DNA from: Deltaproteobacteria bacterium TL4
GTDB lineage: Bacteria; SAR324; NAC60-12
Direction: 5' to 3'
NCBI GenBank assembly: GCA_051382335.1
Contig: JBBCAX010000435.1
Span: 1 to 24,060, forward strand
Length of the DNA: 24,060 bases
Shown: in pieces, positions 1-6,857 of the stretch
Layout of the letters: every line of letters begins with the position of its first letter
Position numbering within the stretch: position 1 is the stretch's first letter
Position numbers and translations under genes: made by a program
The notes under the pieces: model-generated
What the model saw: only the letters and a program-made list of their open reading frames with translations
Databases searched by the model: none
Told to the model about the DNA's origin: nothing

Positions 1-58
1 GCCAGGCTTCAAATTGACGAAGGACTTCTTCTAAAGTGGGTTTTTGATGGGATTGCAT
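1..58 (-). CDS. 5' end of a probable IS66-type accessory (TnpA/orf1-like) protein, truncated by the window edge
   Basis: Manual translation of the minus strand from ATG (58-56) gives MQSHQKPTLEEVLRQFEAW..., preceded by a strong RBS AAAGGAG (70-64). The 'LEEV..QFEAW' start resembles small HTH-like proteins that open IS66-type elements (recalled similarity, not searched). Confidence 0.5.
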   Translation of the reverse strand, partial: MQSHQKPTLEEVLRQFEAW

Positions 59-126
59 GATGACTCCTTTCCTTTGATGTGTTCAAAAGAACATCATACA
101 TAAAAAAAGGAGGATTGTTACCCAGT

Positions 127-138
127 CCGGAAGGTCAC
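127..138 (-). mobile_element. candidate left terminal inverted repeat of an IS66-type element (GTGACCTTCCGG)
   Basis: Minus strand reads GTGACCTTCCGG ~70 bp upstream of the putative accessory gene. IS66 ends usually begin GTAA, so this is a one-mismatch candidate. The partner end is outside the window. Confidence 0.3.
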
Positions 139-263
139 GTAATATCTTGAAAAGACATGGAAAACTCTATAAAAAGAAGGTTTAAGTTACGCCTAACAAG
201 AACCTTCTTAAGAGGTTAGCCATGCCTTTAAACAAGAATAAAATAACGACACTAAAGAATTAA

Positions 264-488
264 ATGAGTAAATATAGTGTTTCAGATTGGATTCGAGATG
301 TCACTTTCCAGGAAGATGGAGTCAAAGTGTCTCAGGCTAATCGTTCCCAAGTTTTAGGCTTACTCAGAACCTTGATTCTCTCTCTTTTTCGGAAAGCAAA
401 AATTAAAAATAGGCAGAAAGCGATTGAAATCTTTTCCGATTCTCCACGTCATTTCAAAACCTTTTTAAGTCAAGTTAATTTTTTATGA
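264..488 (+). pseudogene. ISAs1-family (H-repeat) DDE transposase, C-terminal remnant
   Basis: WIRDVTFQED matches the ISAs1 C-terminal HW.RDV.F.ED motif, followed by the typical ...LR.L.L.L helix. Only 74 aa, with an in-frame TAA at 261-263 immediately upstream, so the 5' part is missing. Confidence 0.8.
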
Positions 489-498
489 GAAAGCCATG
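486..498 (+). mobile_element. probable right terminal IR of the ISAs1 remnant (TGAGAAAGCCATG)
   Basis: Overlaps the transposase stop codon and resembles the ...GAAAGCCCTG-type right ends of ISAs1-family elements. Confidence 0.5.
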
Positions 499-507
499 GA
501 TAGCTTC

Positions 508-1722
508 CTAGAAAGGACTTTTGACGACTCGTATTTGAGATTGGGTGTTCTTGCCGATTTCACTCCAAATAGCGTAGAGTTTCGGGGTATCTCCAAAGAC
601 TGCCATTTTGGGGGTACCTGCTGATTTGGAGACATTAATGTTGAGACCATTCACTCCATCACCATCAATGAAACTCCATAGAGGGGTGCTGCCAATTCCG
701 TTAAACCTCGCGATGCGGACCTGAGCCTGACCATTGTTTTCTGCCCACGTGGCATACAAATGACTGTTATAAACGATGAGCTCAGGATTTGCCGCATTTT
801 CATAAACATCCTTGTTGATTCCATTAACACCATCTCCATCTACAAAAGCCCAGGTTGGAGACAAGTCATCTCCATTGTAAACAGCAACTCGAATCTGGGT
901 TTGATTTCCATTATGCTCCGCCCAGGTTGCGTACAATGTAGTATCCTCAAGCACCACTAACCGAGGATTGTTTGCATTCTTAGTGCGGTCTTTATTGATT
1001 CCTGTTGTCGCGTCTCCATCCACAAAAGTCCAAACTGGAGCCGAATCATTACCATTATAAACAACGACTCGAATTTGAGTCGCCGTACCATCAGATTCAC
1101 TCCAAGTGGCGTAAAGGTTGGATCCAAAAACGATGAGTTGAGGTGTAACGGCATTTGCGGTTGTTACCTTATTTATCCCAGTCGTACCATCACCATCCAC
1201 AAAACTCCATGTGTTTGTTCCGTCAAATACGGCAACCCGTATTTGTGTTGCGGTACCGTCAGATTCACTCCAAGTAGCGTATAACTTTGGTTCTAAAACA
1301 GCTAAATTAGGATTTGTGGCATTTTGAACTAGAGCCTTATTGAGTCCTGTATAATTATTCGCAATACTGTTATCACAAAAAAACAAGCCATCACATTGAG
1401 CCACTCGAATTTGAGTGATTTGGTTAGCATTCGCTTCTGCCCAAGTCACATAGAGCTGACCACCAAGAGCAATCATTTGAGGTATAACCGCATTTCGGGT
1501 TGAAGACAAATTGATTCCACGGTCTCCATTTCCATCAACATAAATCCATGAATCCGATGCGTTTAAATAAGCCAAACGAATTTGAGATGTTCCAATCAGA
1601 GGGGCTACTTCACTCCAGGTCGCATAAAGTTGACCATCCAGAAGAGTGAACTGAGGTGTGAAAGCATTTTCTGTAGAATTTTTGTTTATCCCTCGTGCGG
1701 CACTTCCCTCAGCTAAATTCCA
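508..1722 (-). repeat. 7 tandem ~56-60 aa repeats (putative propeller blades) in paralog 1
   Basis: Seven copies of G(I/L)N...A..P...LY..W.E...Q(I/V)R counted in the translation. Confidence 0.85.
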
Positions 1723-2901
1723 ACAATCGACAGTAACATTACTAACATTCGCTGAGATAATGCCCGTAGCGTTAGTAATATGGCATTTACCTTCTGGCTG
1801 CGTTTTTACGATAACTTCATAGCCGGCTCCCGCCGCGACTTGGGCTGGAAACGAAAAGGAACCGTTACCTGGAATAGAGAGGGTGTCAACGCCATTATTC
1901 TGTAAGACTAAAGTTCCGACAAGATTGTTTACTGTTCCGCTAAGGGTGTAGGAATAGAAGGAACATGTAATGACGACATCGGTCACATTTGCCTTGGCGA
2001 GGCCAGTATTATTGGAGGCCGTGCAGGTTTGTCCTCCTGATGAGGCACTCACCGATACCTGATAACGTCCGCCTTCTGGAACAGTAAAAGCTTGAAAGGT
2101 GCCATTAACACTCAAGGGTAAAAGATCCACTCCATTATTTTGTATGGTTACTGTACCTAACAATCCAACCACCGTGCCTCCAATGGAATATCTCGCTTTT
2201 GAGGTACAGGTTACTCCCACATTGACATTTTCAGCATTGGAAACCCCTTTGGCATTGGAAACCACACAGGTTTGACCTTGAGGCTCAGACTGAACGGTCA
2301 CATGATAAACTCCGCCCTGACCAATGCCTTCCGTAAACTGAAACTTTTTATTGTCTTCAATTGTTAAATCATTCCTCCCATTATTTTGTAAGACCAAAGT
2401 TTTTCCTTGCTCCAGCCCGGTCACACTCACGGAAACGGAATACTTATTATTGACACAAGTCACATCCGCGTTGATGATATCTCCGGTGATTTTGGTCGTA
2501 CTTTCAGAGTATCGTTCTGGGGTACACGTTTGATGAGAGGGTTGAGACCAGACCTTTACCGTAAAAAGCGTTCCACTTTTCACGGGTTTAAACTCAAAGG
2601 GAAGATTTTCGTGAACCGCTACATGTAAATTACTATCAAGAATCCCACTTTCATCTGAAGACGCATCAACTTGCGCTGAAGCCACAGGGTCACCAAGCAC
2701 AAGGGCAAGAACCAAATTCCCATCTAAGCCTGTAACAGTTCCTCCAATGGTATATTGGGCGTTATCTTTTTTACTTGAAGGATTGCCTCCCTCTGAGCAA
2801 CCCATGCCTACCAGCGTTCCAAAGACGCACCCCAGAATTAGCATTCTGTACCCTATAGAAGGCTTGCCTTTTCTACTTTTAAGATTCTTAGAACGACTCA
2901 T
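508..2901 (-). CDS. Repeat-rich lipoprotein, 797 aa: signal peptide II + 4 Cys-closed Ig-like repeats + 7-repeat putative beta-propeller (paralog 1)
   Basis: RBS AGGAG (2911-2907). Basic N-region, hydrophobic stretch and lipobox-like VGMG-C35. Four ~80-100 aa repeats Y(T/S)(I/L)GGTV.GL...LQNNG...QP..Q.C...N..G...V.V.C, then seven ~55-60 aa repeats W.FVDGDG..GINK...NA..P.L...LYATW.E...QIRV. Confidence 0.85.
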   Translation of the reverse strand: MSRSKNLKSRKGKPSIGYRMLILGCVFGTLVGMGCSEGGNPSSKKDNAQYTIGGTVTGLDGNLVLALVLGDPVASAQVDASSDESGILDSNLHVAVHENLPFEFKPVKSGTLFTVKVWSQPSHQTCTPERYSESTTKITGDIINADVTCVNNKYSVSVSVTGLEQGKTLVLQNNGRNDLTIEDNKKFQFTEGIGQGGVYHVTVQSEPQGQTCVVSNAKGVSNAENVNVGVTCTSKARYSIGGTVVGLLGTVTIQNNGVDLLPLSVNGTFQAFTVPEGGRYQVSVSASSGGQTCTASNNTGLAKANVTDVVITCSFYSYTLSGTVNNLVGTLVLQNNGVDTLSIPGNGSFSFPAQVAAGAGYEVIVKTQPEGKCHITNATGIISANVSNVTVDCWNLAEGSAARGINKNSTENAFTPQFTLLDGQLYATWSEVAPLIGTSQIRLAYLNASDSWIYVDGNGDRGINLSSTRNAVIPQMIALGGQLYVTWAEANANQITQIRVAQCDGLFFCDNSIANNYTGLNKALVQNATNPNLAVLEPKLYATWSESDGTATQIRVAVFDGTNTWSFVDGDGTTGINKVTTANAVTPQLIVFGSNLYATWSESDGTATQIRVVVYNGNDSAPVWTFVDGDATTGINKDRTKNANNPRLVVLEDTTLYATWAEHNGNQTQIRVAVYNGDDLSPTWAFVDGDGVNGINKDVYENAANPELIVYNSHLYATWAENNGQAQVRIARFNGIGSTPLWSFIDGDGVNGLNINVSKSAGTPKMAVFGDTPKLYAIWSEIGKNTQSQIRVVKSPF
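1723..2757 (-). repeat. 4 tandem Ig-like beta-sandwich repeats, each with two Cys, in paralog 1
   Basis: Repeats start at QYTIGG, KYSVSV, RYSIGG and SYTLSG; each has an internal Cys and ends in (V/I).C. Confidence 0.8.
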
Positions 2902-3002
2902 TTGAACTCCTGAATCCTTGTAATGGAGTGATTTATTACAGGTTCTGTATTTTGCATTCTTTCTTCAATGCTAAAGAAGCGGCCAAATAATTTCCTTCAA
3001 TG

Positions 3003-4283
3003 CTAAAAAGCATTCACTGCCGCACGAATTTGTGGAATATCAGTACTGGCATCATTCTCGTCCCAAACGGTGTAAAGTTTAGAATTCAGGATGGTCATTT
3101 GGGGATGTCTGGCCCCTTCACTTCCATTAAAATTGAGTCCATTCAGCCCATTTCCATCCGTATATTCCCAGGAAGGCTGTTGATCATTTCCATTATAAAC
3201 AGCAACACGAATCTGGCCATCCCCGTTATCTTCTCTCCAATACGCATACAGTTTGGATTTAAATACGAGCAGTTGAGGCTCATACGCCTTTTCGGTCACA
3301 TCTTTATTGATTCCCTGGTCGCCTGAACCATCCACATAGGTCCATTGGGGATCTCCATCATTGCCATTATAAGCGGCAACTCGGACTTGATTACTGGTTT
3401 GATTGAATTCTTTCCAGATCACATAGAGTTTTTCAGGTGTTGACGTTTCAGCGGAAGGAAAGGCCACAAGGGAAGGTTCATCCGCATCATGACTTGCGTC
3501 TTTGTTGATTCCATTCGCACCATTTCCATCAATAAACTTCCAGGAGACTCGATTAATCTCCCCAGCATAAACAGCCACACGAATCTGGGTTGCCACAGCG
3601 GTTGCTTCGGTCCAAGCGGCATATAGTTTGGAATTCACAACAGCTAATTTAGGATGAGTCGCATTTTGCAGAGGGTCTTTATTGATTCCTGTCACATGAT
3701 TTCCATCCATCGGTGCCCAAAAACTATTGAATGACATTTTAACCCGAATTTGTCCTGGAGCGGTGGAACTATTGCGTTCACTCCAAATCATTGAAAGCAT
3801 ATTCCCTAAGCCGAAAATGTCCGCCAAAATCACATGCGGAGCAGAGGCGTTTTCCGTGGATTTGTAGTTGAGGATATTGGCCTCATACTCTTTACTCCAA
3901 ACAGGGTTTAAATCATCCCCATTGAATATTTTATACCGGATTTGATCATTGCTCCCATTGGACTCGTTCCAGAACAGATAGAGTTTTCCTGAATCAAACG
4001 CTCCAGCAGAGGGAATCCCAACGAGTTGTGGTGTTCGAGCATCTTGTGAGGCGTCTTCGTTAAGTCCATAGGCACCATCGCCATCAACAGAAAGCCACGA
4101 GGGTGAGGCATCATCACCATTATAGACTTTGACACGAATTTGCTGTGTCGTTCCATTAGTCTCGTCCAGTTCGCTCCAAGCGACATACAGATTAGCGTTG
4201 AAGGCTTCGATTTGGGGTGTTTGCGCGTCTCTGGTGGTGTTTTTGTTGAGACCGGTTGCGGCAGCTCCATCAACATAACTCCA
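3003..4283 (-). repeat. 7 tandem propeller-like repeats in paralog 2
   Basis: Seven copies of (L/I)N...A..P...L...W.E...Q(I/V)R; blades 2, 3 and 5 carry loop insertions. Confidence 0.85.
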
Positions 4284-5495
4284 GCAATAGACGGCCAGGT
4301 TGTTCACAGCAGTCGTTGCCACACCAATATGGTTATTGACCGCGCATCGTTGGTTAGTGGGTTGAGAGCTGACAGTGACATGATACCCCGAGCCATTGGC
4401 AACTTGGTGATCAAAGGTAAAATCGCCATCGGTTGCGATGGTTAAGGCATCCGATCCATTATTTTGTAATTCAATTTCACCACTAAGCCCACTTATGGTG
4501 CCACTAAGCTGATAAGTCTCAAAAGAACATCGGACCTCTATATCGGTGACTGCCGCGGAAATCACGCCCACATTATTTGAAACGCTGCACGTAAAAGGAC
4601 TAGGTTGTGTGCTTACCATCACACTATAGGTCGCCCCCTGAGTCAATGCGGCAGAAAAAGTAAAAGTACCATTTGCAGAAATTGCAAGATCATTTCCCCC
4701 ATTATTTTGTAGCGTCACGGAACCCGAAAGACCACTAACCGTTCCACCCACAGGATAAGATTGAATCACGTTACAGTTTACTTGAATATTGGAAACATAA
4801 CCTTTCGCAATCCCGATTTCATTGGTCACAGCACACAACTGACCCGATGGATTTGACTTTATGCGTACCTGGTATGGATTCCCCGCAGTGAGTCCTTTGT
4901 TAAAAACAAAGGAATCGACGCCGACACTCAACTCTTCCAAAACGGCATTTTGAGAAATTAATTCCAAAACAAGGCTTCCCGCTAACCCTGTCACGATGCC
5001 TCCAATTTTGAAACCAATAGAAGAACAGCGCACTTTAACATTTTTGATTTCAAAATTATTTTTTGTCGATTTTGTTTCACTTCCACTTGCGGGAATTAAA
5101 ACACCCGCATCAGTTTCTAAGGCCTCGCTGGTACCCGCAACCCCCTCGCCATTGATCACGGTGCAATTTTGTCCTTCAGGCTGCATTTTTACTTTAACTT
5201 TGTATCCTGCGTTTTTTCCGACCTTGAGAGCAAAAGTAAATTCACTATCTTTTTCGAAAATCAGATCATCTTTTTCATTATTTTGTAAAACGATAATCCC
5301 TTTGAGGCCCTCAACTTTACCCCCTAAGGTATACTGGATGACCTTCACTACTTGATTATCAGCCTCTTCCTCTATCCCCAATTCACTGCAAGCTACCACC
5401 ATAAACAGAATTACCATCAGCAAACCTCCCCAAGGAAGCCAGCATTCTGTCTTGAGTATACGCTGATTTATAGATCGCAGCGACAGCCTTATCAT
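3003..5495 (-). CDS. Repeat-rich lipoprotein, ~830 aa, same architecture (paralog 2); start reassigned from 5561 to ATG 5495
   Basis: ATG at 5495 has RBS AAAGGAG (5507-5501) and places lipobox MVVA-C at Cys36, matching Cys35 of paralog 1. Four Ig-like repeats (4284-5336) and seven propeller-like repeats (3003-4283). Confidence 0.85.
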   Translation of the reverse strand: MIRLSLRSINQRILKTECWLPWGGLLMVILFMVVACSELGIEEEADNQVVKVIQYTLGGKVEGLKGIIVLQNNEKDDLIFEKDSEFTFALKVGKNAGYKVKVKMQPEGQNCTVINGEGVAGTSEALETDAGVLIPASGSETKSTKNNFEIKNVKVRCSSIGFKIGGIVTGLAGSLVLELISQNAVLEELSVGVDSFVFNKGLTAGNPYQVRIKSNPSGQLCAVTNEIGIAKGYVSNIQVNCNVIQSYPVGGTVSGLSGSVTLQNNGGNDLAISANGTFTFSAALTQGATYSVMVSTQPSPFTCSVSNNVGVISAAVTDIEVRCSFETYQLSGTISGLSGEIELQNNGSDALTIATDGDFTFDHQVANGSGYHVTVSSQPTNQRCAVNNHIGVATTAVNNLAVYCWSYVDGAAATGLNKNTTRDAQTPQIEAFNANLYVAWSELDETNGTTQQIRVKVYNGDDASPSWLSVDGDGAYGLNEDASQDARTPQLVGIPSAGAFDSGKLYLFWNESNGSNDQIRYKIFNGDDLNPVWSKEYEANILNYKSTENASAPHVILADIFGLGNMLSMIWSERNSSTAPGQIRVKMSFNSFWAPMDGNHVTGINKDPLQNATHPKLAVVNSKLYAAWTEATAVATQIRVAVYAGEINRVSWKFIDGNGANGINKDASHDADEPSLVAFPSAETSTPEKLYVIWKEFNQTSNQVRVAAYNGNDGDPQWTYVDGSGDQGINKDVTEKAYEPQLLVFKSKLYAYWREDNGDGQIRVAVYNGNDQQPSWEYTDGNGLNGLNFNGSEGARHPQMTILNSKLYTVWDENDASTDIPQIRAAVNAF
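4284..5336 (-). repeat. 4 tandem Ig-like repeats in paralog 2
   Basis: Repeats start at QYTLGG, GFKIGG, SYPVGG and TYQLSG; each has two Cys. Confidence 0.8.
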
Positions 5496-5591
5496 TGGAA
5501 CTCCTTTAATTTTCCACAAGTCCACAGTGCAGAATGTTGATTGAGATAAAAAATGTTTCAAATATAATTTTGAATTGAGAATAAAATGGAA

Positions 5592-5608
5592 TGCAAAGCC
5601 TATTCCTT
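5592..5608 (-). promoter_or_regulatory. candidate sigma54 (-24/-12) promoter for the lipoprotein pair
   Basis: Minus strand AAGGAATAGGCTTTGCA has GG-N10-GC spacing with TTGCA at -12, ~97 bp upstream of ATG 5495. The -24 half is imperfect. Confidence 0.3.
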
Positions 5609-5672
5609 ACAATCAGACACAAAAAAGGTTTTATCCTGGTCCAAAGGCCGCATGGAACCGCAGACAAAATGA

Positions 5673-6614
5673 CTATTGAAACCCCAGATTCAAATCATCT
5701 TCGGTTGCATTGGAGAGCAGAAACCGGGAAGAACCTTCTGTAGCAATCATTTTTGAGTAAGGGTTCACCCCAGAGAGGTCCTCTTCAGGTTGTCGTAATT
5801 GATGATCCAGCCCTTTTAATTTTACGACTTCAATCGCAGCTTTCAAGTGCTGTATGAGGATACGGGAAGTAAAGAAGGGAACGTGACGTACATGAACATC
5901 CAGATCCTCTGCAAGTCTCAGAACATCAGAAATGACAGGCTTATTATCAGGATAGATTGAAAGTGAAATGATGCAATACAAGAATTTTTTGTAATCGAAG
6001 GGTCCTACTCTTTTTAAGCGATCCAAACGTTCTTGATAAGCAACTTCTGATTGAATATACAGCAGCAAGACAATAGTCAGTCGAGATTTTAATTGATAGT
6101 GGTAGTGAATCAATTTGAATAATTTACACATTTGATGATGCTCTTGTTTCCAATTAACGACTCCCCTCTGAGCCTCAGCAAATATCTTCTCAAAATACCG
6201 TTCATTAAAACGACAGAGATAGCCCATTAATTCTTGATTATTAAAAACTTTGGCAATTCCACGTAAGGAAGTACTGCCGCTGCCTTGTTTTAAAAGGTGA
6301 GGATACGCTTTCAGGATCCGTCTAATGCGTCCTTCATCATAAGAAATACCGAACGTCGAGCTTCGTGGTTTTTTATCTTGAACTCGCAATCCATTTTTGA
6401 AAAGGGTACTGATGAAAGGACAGGAAAGGCAAAGACTCAACACGACACTCACTCCTGCTACGAACAAGAAACCCCACTTTAACCACTGAGGGTCCGAAAA
6501 AAAGGGTTCCAATAAAAAACTTTCCAAAGCCCCGGTACTGAGTATCACGTATGCGTAGAAGCAAATAATCGCAATCACAGAAGGAATCATTCCTCTCAAT
6601 ATTAAACGTATCAT
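5673..6614 (-). CDS. hypothetical membrane protein, 313 aa (two N-terminal TM helices + predicted helical soluble domain)
   Basis: Long ORF with hydrophobic segments at about aa 9-27 and 47-68; no family motif recognised. Confidence 0.7.
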   Translation of the reverse strand: MIRLILRGMIPSVIAIICFYAYVILSTGALESFLLEPFFSDPQWLKWGFLFVAGVSVVLSLCLSCPFISTLFKNGLRVQDKKPRSSTFGISYDEGRIRRILKAYPHLLKQGSGSTSLRGIAKVFNNQELMGYLCRFNERYFEKIFAEAQRGVVNWKQEHHQMCKLFKLIHYHYQLKSRLTIVLLLYIQSEVAYQERLDRLKRVGPFDYKKFLYCIISLSIYPDNKPVISDVLRLAEDLDVHVRHVPFFTSRILIQHLKAAIEVVKLKGLDHQLRQPEEDLSGVNPYSKMIATEGSSRFLLSNATEDDLNLGFQ

Positions 6615-6857
6615 AGCACCACTTATAGTAGACAGACCCAGAATATTATTGCTTAGAGTGTGGTGAAATGAAGCAATATTAAGGCCATTTATTATTTAAA
6701 AGACACGGAGGATTTAAATAAAATATCAAATAACACAAATAGAGGTTGCATTACCCCCTTATTCTTAGCTATGTAAGATCCTAGAGACGTCTATAAACGG
6801 TGAGAACGCTCGGGGGATTAACACCATTACTACGCTACCCGCCCCAAAAGGAGAACG

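Noticed and set aside
508..4283. CRISPR array suggested by recurring DNA motifs
   Set aside because: The repeats are degenerate, codon-phased at ~170-190 bp periodicity inside ORFs, and no cas genes are present.
508..5495. Diversity-generating retroelement acting on the repeat lipoproteins
   Set aside because: No reverse transcriptase in the window and no ~100-bp TR/VR pair differing only at adenines; the repeats are in-frame protein repeats.
5496..5561. ORF-track start of the 852-aa protein
   Set aside because: A TTG start without a clear RBS; ATG 5495 has AAAGGAG and gives a signal peptide the same length as the paralog's.
6740..6857. Lysine riboswitch (TAGAGGTTGC resembles its 5' motif)
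   Set aside because: The downstream conserved elements and required length are absent, and it precedes a kinase rather than a lysine gene.
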